DNA of 58,980 nt, filler included, from Sphacelaria rigidula (GCA_964200075.2; 10 parts of 10 records of this genome joined end to end with filler, not necessarily neighbours in it), one strand, 5' to 3'; shown: positions 12,126 through 23,700, counted from the first letter of the whole stretch. Made by a program: numbers and translations. The notes: a model not told the origin generated them from the letters alone.

Positions 12126-13968
12126 TTGTCCACTATGTACACATGTCGTGGTGGCTCGGCGCTTGATGAAAAGCGTGGAGGTAGCGGCAAAGCCTGTTCG
12201 ACTGTTCAAAATGATGAGGCGCAGGACTATGTCAGCGTCTACGGTCGTGTTGTTCCTGTACTGGCGCTGGAGATGCCGTACTACGACTGCAAGGTTTCGA
12301 GAGAGAAATCGGGCGAGTGTTTACGGAATTACGAGAAATGTGTGCAGGATGTCGATCAGGTGAACGCGCGGTGGACAAATTTCTTTGAGTTGGCAGCAGT
12401 TTCTGACCTCATGCCGAAACATGTTGCGATATGTCTGTGTGACACGTTCTTGAAGCATGATTCTGATGTTGAGAACGAGCAGTTGCTTTTCGCGTTGCGC
12501 AAGCATGCGTCGTCCGGTGGGGTGCATCACACTGTAAAGCGCGCACTTGTCACAGCACATGCTTGTCAGAGGGGACAGGCCTGAGAGTGCTCTGGCATGC
12601 ACTGTCAAGGGCGAGAAGCATGTGTCTGTCAGAGGGGACAGGAACGACAGTGCACCCGCCGAATGTGCAGTAGTAGGTGGTCCGCGTCTGAAACAACGAT
12701 ACAGGGCAGATGCTTGCACTGTCAAAGCCGAGAGGCATGTGTCTGCCCGAGGGGACAGGAACGATAGTGCACCTGCTGAGAGTGCAATAGTAGAAACCGC
12801 TCGCCCGCGACTGAAGCAACAACGCGGTGCCACTGTGAGGGGCGCGAAGGTGACGACGCATGTGTCTGTCCGAAGAGACGCACTGGGCAGCAAGAAGAGT
12901 GAGAGTACAGTAGTCGGTGCTGAATTAGCAGCCGCTGGTAGTGCTGTTGGAAAAGGCGAACAAGTCACACAGCCATCGCTAGTCCGAGGGGACAGGCACG
13001 AGACCGCCAGAGGCGTCGCCGCTATTGCCGTCAAGCAGCAAACCGGACAGGAGGTGGCGGCTATAGCGAGTATGGGTGATACTGCTGCTGCTGTTGGCGA
13101 TGTTGAGAGGGCGAGGCCTACATGGGCCAATGAGCAAGTACTAGTGGGCGGAGGTCCCAGTTGCTTGTTGCCGCCGGACCAGCGCGTAGATGGAGATACT
13201 CCTTGCATGCTCGAAGCTTCAGGCGGGTGTTATTCGCGTATTGCGAACAAGCAGGGTGAGCAAGGAGCTTGCCGTGCTCATGGTGAATCTATCTGCGGCA
13301 GTGACATCGTGGGAGATCGTTCAGATGATTCACAGGGGTGTCTGCTTGAAGGACAGGTGGATGCCGGGTTGGCGGAATGGCCGCCGGTGCAGCGCGTAGC
13401 TGTGGACACGCCTTGCATGATCGAAACAACAGGGGCGTGTGACCCGCGTGAAGCGGGTACGCAGAGCGAGCTGCAAGCTCGTGATGCTATTAGGGATCAC
13501 AATGCTGACGACGACGACGGGCGTCGCGTGGTGTTGGGGTGGTCGTGTGCACTGCTGTTTACATGGACAGCTTTGGCATATTTGGCGGCGATGGCGGAGG
13601 TGTCTCCACTGTTGCGCCGCGGGGTGTTTGAGGGGGATAGCGTACCGCCATCAGGAGGTGTTGCTGTTCGGGACTGTGTAGCTGCTCTCGTTCCGCCTCT
13701 GATTTCCTCTGTAAAACTGACTGAAGCACAGGTGTTCGGTACTGCCCAAGTATCTGTGGAGGCAGATGGCTTGTCGCATTGGTTCGGCGGTGCGGATATA
13801 CCGTTTAGTGGCGAGCTGAGCGGCTCCACGAGGGTGCGAGCTGTAGCTGAGCTCATGGCACGAGGAGTGAGTGTTCGAGTGGAAAAGTTGCTCTACGCTG
13901 TGCACGGGGTTGTAGTTCAAGAGCTACTGTTTCTCAGGAGCGGGCTGGAGGACTACAAAGAAGTGTAG
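12126..13968 (+). pseudogene. Frameshifted intronless ORF of about 600 aa with HVSVRGDR repeats; probably retroelement-encoded (gag-like position)
   Basis: ORFs 12126-12584 and 12547-13968 overlap inside the first repeat, where gcacatgcttgtcag is one base out of register with the consensus gcatgtgtctgtcag. No family recognised. Confidence 0.5.
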
Positions 13969-14217
13969 ATTTCTGTCACTCAAGATCAGATTGCCATGTG
14001 GACTCCTTCCATCACGGGCACATGGACTTCGGCAGCTTTAATTAGTCATATATTAACCCTCAGCATAGTACAGGAGAACCGGACCATAGCCTCTCCCCAC
14101 CAGAGTGGCAAAAATCAAGCCCACTCGTCATGGAGGTCATCATCACAGAGTCTGGCAATCAGACCCGCAATTCCACCTACAAATGTCCCTAGGTAACAAT
14201 GGTGGCTAGAGTCTACA
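13964..14217. mobile_element. Solo LTR, 254 bp, with 4-bp TSD GAAG
   Basis: TGTAGA...TCTACA termini; GAAG at 13960-13963 and 14218-14221; a second inverted copy starts at 17554. Confidence 0.88.
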
Positions 14218-14756
14218 GAAGGTATTACCTGAGGTGTTTGTTATTGTGGTGAGCGCCGCGTTTGGTGCTGATTTCGAGGAGCAAGTGCTGAGATGATTGA
14301 CTGCTTGTCGAGAATGAGGAAACACATTATGACTGGTATTTGCGAATCGTTCTGAGAATGATTATTGCAGCTTGTTATTGTGTGGTTTGTGGTCATGTTT
14401 GCGCATGGTTGTTGAGCGAATATGATCGTATCGCGTGTGCAGGGTGAAATTCTGGCGTACACGTAGATATTTGGCATGTGTGTGTTGTGCTGATCTGTTT
14501 GGCACGGACGATACACATGGTGTTTGCTGTGATGAAGGTCGCATTGCATGTGCTGGGTGAAATGCTGGCCTGCATGTGTGGAATTTTCGCTACATTCTGT
14601 TAGTACGCATGGTAACTGGCGAAGAATCAAGGTGAGGCAGTTTTCAATAAACTGTTGTATGCTAAATAAAGAGAAGCTCGTATGATCTTGTTCGCACAGG
14701 AACACGGTCGAATCATATTCGTACGTACTGACTGCAGGGTATATGGATTGCTGCTG

Positions 14757-14950
14757 TTAGCGTAAAAATGAGAAAAAAACTACGATTTGCGTAGGCTCGT
14801 ACTGACTGTAGGAGACGGTGGCACCTGCTTTTAGCGTAAAAATGAGAAAAAAACTACGAAGTGCGTAGGCTCGTACTGACTGTAGGAGACGGTGACACCT
14901 GCTTTTAGCGTGAAAATGAGCTGAAAGGTACGAAATGCGTAGGCTTGTCG
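14757..14950. repeat. Tandem repeat, period about 74 bp, about 2.6 copies
   Basis: ttagcgtaaaaatgag...tgcgtaggctcgtactgactgtaggagacggtg(g/a)cacctgctt repeated. Confidence 0.9.
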
Positions 14951-16043
14951 TATGTGAGCAGGTATGACGCGAGTACTTCCGGTGGGTGAGGATAAAGACA
15001 TTATACGCGCATGCATCAATGACCTTTGACCGTGGCACGTTTTTGTATGGATTGTCACGTGCTTGAACGAGCACGTGGTTCGTTTTTCGTTCATGTCAGA
15101 AAGAGCATGTGGATGATGGGTCCATTTGTTCGAAGAACTGGGGCAGGTGGACTGCAAGGGTGTCGAGAAATTCATTATTTCTACATTTTGGCTGATGCAC
15201 GGATGGGATATGACGGCCAAGAGCCAAACGAGATATAGAAATATCTGGGATTTGCTCGAATACAAGAGTTCGGAAACGAGTTCACGAGGGATGAACAATG
15301 ATGGGGCAGGTCGAGGTCCGCCCGAACGGTATCATGCGGCGACAACATCAGACCGTTGCCGGATCTGCAATTTGCGGCTCGGAAACGGAGATGGACACCG
15401 ACCGGATTCCGGATTGTAGCAAAAACGCCTGAAATCTACGGCGTACGCTGTACAAACGGGTGTTGCACCCACGAGACCACCACTCGGAATACTCAAAGCT
15501 GTGAGACCGGCGAACCGCCCAACATATCCACATGCCCTTGAAAAAAAGGCGTTATAACAATGCTTTCGTGAGATTGAGAGTTGAAGATATGACTGAGAGT
15601 GACCAATTTACTCGAACGGCGATCATATGCACCTTTCAAATTGTTACACGACACGTTGGCTTGTAGCATAGTAAGAGGCTAGTTGACCCTTAGAGCAGTA
15701 GACCTAAAACAAAGTTCGTGCACAATGGTGGACAGGAATGACTACTCGATTTTAGACTTGATACAGTTCTGAAGAAAAAATGGTTTGGGGCAGGTGAGCA
15801 GTGGACCCAGCTAGTCCAGAACGTGTTTTTGTCGAAATTGGCACCTGCCGCGATGATTTGAGATCTGCTCACGCACACTTTGCCTAGGGGAACCTATGCA
15901 CTCTCCTCGCCCGAGGGTTTCGCGCGCCTTCGGTCGGGGTTCGGGTTAGTGTTAGGGTTAGTCTAGTGTTCGTGCTAGTTTGTAACATCATTTCATAGTG
16001 TTCCCCATCAACCAATATCTACCAACATTTCTTTAGGTCCCCT

Positions 16044-16145
16044 CCCTTAGACCGCGAGGGTAGATCACCTGCTGAATCGGCATCAATTTTCACTTGAAAA
16101 ACGTATGCGTGATCAAGATGGACTACCCGCACCGCGGTCTAAGGG
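16044..16145. mobile_element. About 100-bp piggyBac-like MITE
   Basis: 13-bp TIR CCCTTAGACCGCG / CGCGGTCTAAGGG followed by TTAA; core shared with copies at 19729 and about 20950. Confidence 0.7.
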
Positions 16146-16675
16146 TTAACCGTCGTTAGGCTACCAATAAGAATGATCGACACAATTTTACAAGTATTGC
16201 TACCCCTAACCCCAACCCAACCCAACGCAAACCGAGAACCCTCGGGCAAAAGCGGAACATACATCCCTCAACAAAGTGCGGCCTTGGTAGACCCCAAATC
16301 GGCGCCTGTGGCGCCGATTTCAACAAAAGCGCCTTCTGTGCACGCGAGGAGCACACGGGACTATCAGCCTCACTAAAAATCTGAACCTCCTGGTTGACAC
16401 GCAAACCAAGTGCTATCAACCATTCTAAAACCTCGCCCAACGCCGGTAAACTCTACTGGATCGACGTGTCATAACTGTATATTCAACAAGCCACATCACG
16501 ACGAAGTTCACACAGTCGGCGGTTTGTGTAGGCCCTCTATCGAGGATGGGGGCATGGGTGGGATAGAAATAGTGTTGTACTACTACATGCCGAAAAAAGT
16601 GGGACCTGATATCCCTCGCTCCAAGTACGGGAGAGGTGAACAAGGAGCGGCGGTGTAGACGGAGCTAGTCAATCA

Positions 16676-16774
16676 TCGTCGTTCACACTCAAATCGAAAA
16701 ATATTAACCATACTAAAACGTACGTTTTTCGTTTCAGAATGGTTTATATTTTTCGATTTGAGTGTGAGCAACGA
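16676..16774. repeat. Near-perfect 99-bp hairpin (arms about 45 bp)
   Basis: tcacactcaaatcgaaaaatattaaccatactaaaacg pairs with cgtttcagaatggtttatatttttcgatttgagtgtga around a 9-nt loop. Confidence 0.9.
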
Positions 16775-17553
16775 GCGGGGGGCCTGCCGACGACTCCAGT
16801 AGATGAAGGGGCTACAACTTCAGATATTGTATATAGGGTGGTTCCTCCCATCAGTGCATGTACGATTTCATGATACGTCGCAACCCCTGACGATCATACA
16901 AACTCGCATCGTGTGCAACTGAGCTCTGAGCACTCGCACCCGTAATTCATGCGCACCGTCTCCTTCCCTCCGCTGTCGCTGGCACTTTCTCCATGAACCA
17001 GATAAACCTCCCGGACGAAGACACGATCAAGCTCGACAAGATCTTGGAAGATGTCGTGTTTAATGTCGCCGGAGTGGATTAGTCCACGTCTTTTCGATCG
17101 TGAGTACCCGGGTAGTGTTGAACGCGTCGGTATCGTCCTCGTGTGGTGCCAAGTAGATGGATACGTTTGACCGCGGCATGAGAAGCATCATCCCCAGACG
17201 GGACAGATGCACGTCTTGTTTGCGCCAGTCTCAAAGTTGTAGTTGTTGAAATTGGCCCAGCTATATTGAAGCACCCGATTCATCGGCTGTAACCAGCCCC
17301 ATTAACTCCTGCGATAATCCGTGCCCTTCAACGCTGCCGCCGATTAACCATTTCCGCAGGATCATGCAGAAGACGTGCAAGGCACATCTCTTCTAAATGT
17401 CGACGCTCCGCGTGACATCAAATTGCGCAGAGTCAGCGATTCGTGTAGGCCACGTACTGTTCCTCGAGGAGGGGAGCACGGATGGGGTAGAGGTGGAGCT
17501 GCACCGCTACATGCCGGGAAAGTTCGATCCTCGTATTTCCCGCTCCCAAGTAC

Positions 17554-17624
17554 TGTAGACTCTAGCCACCATTGTTACCTAAGGTTAGGGACATTGTGTA
17601 GGTGGGGTTGCGGGTCTGATTGCC
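17554..17624. mobile_element. Partial LTR, inverted copy of 13964-14217, cut by the contig end
   Basis: tgtagactctagccaccattgttaccta...gcgggtctgattgcc is the reverse complement of 14154-14217 plus a small insertion. Confidence 0.85.
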
Positions 17625-17769
17625 NNNNNNNNNNNNNNNNNNNNNNNNNNNNNNNNNNNNNNNNNNNNTTAATTAATTAANNNNNNNNNNNNNNNNNNNN
17701 NNNNNNNNNNNNNNNNNNNNNNNNGTAGACTGGTGCCCAGAATAAATGGGACGACAACACACACACACA

Positions 17770-18122
17770 GTGTGTTTCGTTGTGTGTGTTGTCGTCCCAT
17801 CTATTTTGGACCCCAGTCTCCAATTTTCGGTATGCTTGGGCGCATCAGCCGGGGTCACACAGGAGGAAGGTCAACACAGGAGCTTTTTTCTCGTTTGATT
17901 GTTTGTGGTACTCCACCTTGCTTTTATTTTTTTCGCGAGAAGGAATCAGCAGTCCCTCTTCCTTGTCGGCCGTGAAGTCGAAATTTGTGTACCCACGACA
18001 TAGTCGCTCTCCACTGAAGGGCATGGTGTGAGAAAAAATCCCAGATCGCTCAGAGATTTGAACCCACGACCGAACCGTCAGGAGGTTCCGAGGTTACCAA
18101 CTGAGCCATCGGGGCGACCGGC
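17770..18122 (-). mobile_element. Full-length tRNA-derived SINE; tail-to-tail with another SINE 3' end at 17725-17770
   Basis: The minus-strand head carries a Pol III A box (TGGCTCAGTTGG) and B box (GGTTCAAATC); the body ends in a CA-rich tail also seen at 11636-11716. Confidence 0.85.
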
Positions 18123-19027
18123 CTCTGCAGTATATTTTCAAGTGAGAGTGATGTCGATTTATCAGATGATAAGACCCTTTGACCGCCAGGTCAGGTCCTG
18201 CTATGAATCGATATCTCTCTCACTTGAAAAAAAAGTTCGAAACCCAGAGCCAGCGTATAAACCAGGGAACCAGGAACCGAGTTTGAGATACCTCTACTAA
18301 GACGGGGTTGACCATGTGTTGGTGAAAAAATGAAAAAAAAGTCAGGGAGCGACCTCTGCCCAATCACGGCAAGGCGTAGTTTGTCGACTAGACCCGAACC
18401 ACCAGCGCGGGGACTATTACCGAGTGTCCTGTCATTGCAAATATCGTGTAGGGGTCCTATCCCTAGCCCAGATAAGCCTCCCCAGGTGGGCAAATCCCGA
18501 GTGCTCGGGAAATGGCTTCTCGTATTACTTGCATTCAGTATAGCGTTCCCGGGATTTCCCGAGATTTTTTTCGAGTCGCCAGCCTACATTAAAACGTAGT
18601 AATCACACTAACACAGGGTGGAGGAGGGGAAACCGGCAAGTAGTGTACATGCTACAATGTGGTCATTTTCGCGAGGCACTAAACCCGGGTGGGCCGTGGA
18701 AGGACAAAAGGGGCTATCGTCATGAATTCTGCCGACGCATTGCAAAACACTGTGAACATGTATGTAGTGGGCGGAGATAAGAAGCGGTATAACGGCAGTT
18801 GATCTCGGTAACTGAGAACTGCCCAGAACGTGCAAGGGAGTATGCACTGGCAGCTGCTTGTGCAGTGGGAGAGGTGTATTGTACTGTATGAATGTGCGCC
18901 GCAACGCTCATACCCTTCGAAGATTTGTCATATGCGACACAGAGACACAGAGGAGAATTCCGGCCCACCCCAACCACAATGAGCTGTGTGGCAAGGTGAT
19001 GGGAACAATAATATCATCCGAAGCCAC

Positions 19028-20070
19028 AAGTGGCGGGCGGTCCGCTGGTCGCCGCATCCTGTCGATCGCTCTCTACGGCGACACATACTGCTTGCTACAT
19101 CAGATATACATTACCTAATGCGCACCCTGCAAATAGATTCATTCTTACGCCAAACAAACAAAAAATCGGAACAGAATCCGATATATTTTCGCCCCAATAC
19201 GCATGCACACACCGCGCAACCCCAGATTCAGCAAAATGGGGTTGTTGTCTGTACTCTACATGACATGTGGTCGAAGTTTTAGCACGTAAAAGCACAGACA
19301 GCGCTTGCACGGCCGTGTCTCCTGAAATGAGCACCTCTACAGGCGATACCAAGATATGTACCACGTAAAATGACATCATCCAAAGTGTGCGCACCACGGA
19401 TCGATGGGTTCATTTGCCGGGGCAGGAGCCACCCAGCAGAAAGTAAGCGTATCTGCGTGTCAACATATGCATCCACTGACGTCTCACGCAGTCTGGGCTG
19501 AAGGGACTGCGGTCTGAGGGCGTATCGATGGCATTGCCCAAAATCCGTATTTTGCTTCGTGCTACTAGCGCACCACGTGAAACGTACCGCCGCTCCGGGA
19601 ATATGCTGTCTGTTTTGTGGTCTACCTCTGAGCCAAGTTTCAGGCTGGTTGCAACAGACACGGCGGAGATATCCACAAGCAAAATAATCCTTGATTTGTA
19701 CTGAAAATAAACTACTAAACCGTGTTGACCCTTGGACCGCGAGCTTGGTCTTTCTGGATCGTGCATACTTTTTTCACTTGAAATTGATGCCGATTTAACA
19801 GAAGACCAACCTCGCGGTACGAGGGTTAAACCTTCGAAAGATGCATGAGGTGCATATGATTTTTGTATGCGGGAATCTTGACAGTTGACTTGCTCTTTTT
19901 TTTTTGCGTAAGACTGGATTGGAATAAACTTTTATACTTTCTGTCTTCCTCATAACCCTGCTGTTACATGCACGCATTTTCAGCAGCATGCCACTGTTTG
20001 GTGCAGACGCTAGACACGTCATTCCTAACTAGCGTCATTGGTCGCACTGGAGGCCCGGTCCCAGAGGGGA
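19028..20070 (+). repeat. Interspersed repeat split by an insertion of about 800 bp; a compact copy lies at 49384-49650
   Basis: 19028-19130 matches 49384-49490 and 19938-20068 matches 49513-49649. Confidence 0.7.
19729..19825. mobile_element. piggyBac-like MITE copy
   Basis: TTGA|CCCTTGGACCGCGAG...CTCGCGGTACGAGGG|TTAA; internal ttgaaattgatgccgatt shared with the other copies. Confidence 0.72.
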
Positions 20071-20949
20071 CGGCGACCCCCCCGCTGGTAGACTGAGGTA
20101 GACACTCCACTTTTTGGGCTCAGAATCGTTACTTTGTCACAACTCTAAACGCCTACTCTACGGCGGAAGGGACCGGGCGTGTATAAGAGGCACATGGATG
20201 TGAGAGTCATTACACAGACGGTGGTGTGGTTGTCGGCCACCTGAATATCAAGCCTCATATATTTGCTGTGCAGTCTGTAGTTATCGTGCCGCGGCTGCAC
20301 GTGCGGTCTGCAGCGTACTGGATATTACAGTGTTGAACGTGCCGAGTGTTCGCAGCGTGCGTTTGGGTATCGCACCATGACTATCGCCGCGAACGACCCT
20401 GGCTACCGTAGAGCAATTGCTCGGCCATGGCGGTCGCCTCACCGTCGAAGTACTTGTCTGCATCTACGTGCGTAGGATACTCGTGGCCGCCGCTCGCGTG
20501 TTGCGCCGTGACGTTTTATACCAGATGGAGGTGTGGAGCTAGTAGGACGCTCATGCAGTACTACTGTAAACCAACAGACCCCGTGTACCGAAGATGCCCA
20601 AACACCTGCTTTTTGGTTATATGATCTATGGTTGATTTGAAATGATCAAAATGAGATTTGAGGGTAGACGGCGAATGTGTCTACCAGTTGTCTACCTCTA
20701 CTAGAACAAAAGTGCTCATTTTGACGACCGTGACTGTTCAAAATGGTCATCCCGCGCCACTCGGGCCTCGTGCACGGCTCATGATTTTCCGCGAGGAAAA
20801 TCCATACACACATGGTTGACTCCGTGAGCACCTCCGATGCTCCGCGGAGGGACACCCTTCCCCCTCAACCCCCGAGCCCTTGAAACCCCCGGATGTCTCG
20901 GGACTGTCAGCCTGTACAACTGTTCCGAGGCGACACTCGTCGTCTAAGG

Positions 20950-21049
20950 GCTCAGACCTCGATGCGGATAGTCGATCTGGATCACACATACTTTTTTCAG
21001 GTGAAATTGATGCCGATTCAGCAGGTAACCTACCCTCGTGGTCAAAGGG
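20950..21049. mobile_element. Degenerate piggyBac-like MITE copy
   Basis: ctggatcacacatacttttttcaggtgaaattgatgccgattcagcaggt...tggtcaaaggg is the reverse complement of the 16044-16145 core. Confidence 0.65.
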
Positions 21050-22157
21050 TTCAAGTGAAGAAGAACAAGACCAAAAACCCCCGATCAGATCGAAGTTTTT
21101 GTTTTCCACCGCACTTTACCGATGGGAAAAGTGACGACCAAGAAAAAATCGGATAATTCTCCGCCGTATCCACGTCATAGATGTTGAAATGATGACCTAT
21201 CAGAGCCGAAGTTGAATTTCCGCCGCAATTTTCGATCGAAAAATGATGGAGTAATCTTCAATCGTCAACCTTCTGCAAGCGACATGGTACCAAGGAGACA
21301 TAGCACAGCCAGTCTCTGTAGTTACCGATCAGAATTTTCTGCTTTACAGTCGCCATTGGCGTGGAGGGAACGAGGGTTCGATTCACGATGCGCTGGGTGT
21401 TTTCTTCGAAGTGTCTGATTTCCACGGTGAAGCGTGGGAACGTGAGTAAACAAAGTAGTCGACTGAGTTTGTTTGACGTGAATTAACGCGGTGCGGGAGT
21501 GCTGACCCAATTCCCGAAACCACACAGAAAGGCGTGCACCGGGGGAGAGATTGGGTGAGACCACGGGCTCATCCCGAGGAAGGGGAGGGGTTCAAAGTAT
21601 TGGAGAATAAAAATAAAGAGTGAATAATAAAGTCCGCAGCCAATATCCCGGTGAAGAACGCCGCTACTCTACACATAGCCAACCGCAATGTCATGCTTCC
21701 CCTGCACCCTGTGCATGCGCGGTTGCGACGAGCGCAAATAGCGGTGCCAGCAACTCTCGAGACCTTAACAGGGAAAGCGGACGAAAACAAACGCACCGCG
21801 CAGCCAGTACCGAAAACAGGAGGGGGCCCACAGTATGTGGAGCAAGCACCAAAAGATATTCCGGAGGGGTTTCCATAATTTCCTTTCCACGGGGGAAGAT
21901 GCGTTCGTGCCCCCTGTCACGATTTTCACGCCGGATGGGAAATATATGCCGATGAATACAAGCTAGGTTGCCCTGTACAAACCTCCAGACTTACAGTAAG
22001 ATTACATCTCCAACTTACTTGCCTGCAGATTTTACAAGTTTTGTCGATTTGCGAAATCTACTCACCCACCCAGTATGCTCAAATCGAAGGGCATAGACCC
22101 ACCCACCCACTGTACCAACCCAACTGACCCAGGCAACTCAAGCTCACGAATCCAATA

Positions 22158-22753
22158 CGAGCTGGGCTAGCCAACAATTGGTGGTTTTCGCGCTCAGGCG
22201 ACGCACGGCGCGATATTAGGAGTTAGACGCTGAAATTTAGACAGCAGTTTTTTATGATCGAAACGCAGAAAATCACGTGAGCAGCAAAGAAATAGAAGGG
22301 AAAAAGAAAGTCATGAAGATTTGAAATTGTAGCAAAACAAGATGGTTTTTCAAGTGCAGGAAAAAAGTGAGAATCTGCAGCTGCTCGCGTGGTTTATCAT
22401 TTCCTTGGGTGCAGAAAGTCACCCTAAAATTTCGGCTCAATAGTGGTCGAATGGAGCTGTGCGTGCAACATTTTGCGTGACGCCGCTGCACCCCTATAAT
22501 TCAAGTAATGTGAGACTCCAATAATGGAGGTCATGAGTTAGGATCCCGACAGACTCTTTTTTATTCGTGCGTCGTTGAGGTCGTACATTATGCAGTACAT
22601 TTGTTCCCTTTTGTTTCTTCATTTACCGGCGGCGTCGTGTGTGACCAGGTTGGTCTGCACTTCGCAGTGATATGCTTACATCGGGTTCATTCGGGAAACT
22701 GTGAAAGCTGTGGTGTGAGAAACTTTTAGCCGCTTTTAAGCTGGCCCAGCTCG
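22158..22753 (+). mobile_element. Mariner-like MITE, family A, 596 bp
   Basis: TA|CGAGCTGGGCTAGC...GCTGGCCCAGCTCG|TA; a same-length inverted copy lies at 50249-50844. Confidence 0.88.
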
Positions 22754-23632
22754 TATGCTCAGATCGGAAAGCACAGGCCCCCCCCCCCCCCCCCCCCCCC
22801 CCCGCGGCCCGGTTTCTCCAAAGGGGGATTTTTTTTTTTTTTGGAGTATTAGAACAGCCACCCCCGCGGGTTCCANNNNNNNNNNGGAAAGCACAGGCCC
22901 ACCCACCCCACCCACCCCCACTGGCGCCTGTTTTGCTACAGAGAGTATTTTTTATTTTTAGCGAGTAATAGTACCGTACTCCCCGGCGGTTCAACACAAG
23001 TGAGTTCGAGCTCTCAACCGAAGCACACCCGCTTCCCGCGGGCCAGCCGAAACAGCACTGTCTGGAATTTTTCAATTTTTCTACCGCTAGTCCCGAGAAT
23101 CCGCCTGTTGCCTGGCGTTCAAAATTGAAATAATCCAAGTGTCACCATCAGGGTGGAGAGGACGTGGGTACGATTCTCGTTGTGTTTTATTTTTCTTCAA
23201 AATATCTGATTTCCACCTTCAAAAGCGTGAGTTGATGAGAAAACAATTGGTGGTTGTTTGAGTTTGTTTGACGAGAGTTGACGTGATGCGAAGTGCTCAC
23301 CCAATCCGCGAGACCAAAAGGCAAGGCGTGTACCATGGAGGGATGCGTTGATCCCTTGAGACCACGGACTCGTCCCGAGGGAGGGAAGCAATCCAAAGTG
23401 CGACAAATAATTGAAACAGAAAACTCACTCTTGTTGAGTTTGATAAAGTTGCAAGGGTCGGACAAATAATGATTCGTCCAAAAATTACTTGGTTTTAGTA
23501 TCATGAGTCGACTCGTGACGAATCAAACAAACNNNNNNNNNNNNNNNNNNNNNNNNNNNNNNNNNNNNNNNNNNNNTTAATTAATTAANNNNNNNNNNNN
23601 NNNNNNNNNNNNNNNNNNNNNNNNNNNNNNNN

Positions 23633-23700
23633 AGGTTTCGAGATTGGCCGCTGAACAAAACTTTGTGCGCAAAAATCTGTGCTTGCCGACCCACGTCCAC
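23633..23700 (-). repeat. Dispersed repeat fragment, also at about 40205-40272
   Basis: tcgagattggccgc...gtgcttgccgaccc is the reverse complement of gggtcggcaagcac...gcggccaatctcga. Confidence 0.7.

Larger units (their letters stand above)
11818..15556 (+). mobile_element. Probable non-autonomous LTR retroelement: PBS-like start, decayed ORF, tandem repeats, PPT-like tract and putative 3' LTR at 15209-15556
   Basis: Contig starts TGGTATC (PBS-like); long intronless ORF; GGATGGGA precedes a 348-bp segment bounded by TATGACG...CGTTATA; no RT or integrase motifs. Confidence 0.45.

Noticed and set aside
12321..13208. 295-aa minus-strand ORF
   Set aside because: Antisense shadow of the GC-rich repetitive plus-strand ORF.
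15940..15962. True telomere
   Set aside because: Only a few degenerate TTAGGG units in mid-contig.
16990..17385. Coding-like minus-strand stretch with stops
   Set aside because: No recognisable motif; it may be a decayed element ORF but cannot be supported.
18040..18122. tRNA gene on the minus strand
   Set aside because: A and B boxes are present, but the sequence continues into a SINE body and tail, with no clean cloverleaf.
22765..22930. Duplicated ggaaagcacaggccc blocks around a 10-N gap
   Set aside because: Adjacent to homopolymers and a scaffold gap; may be an assembly artefact.
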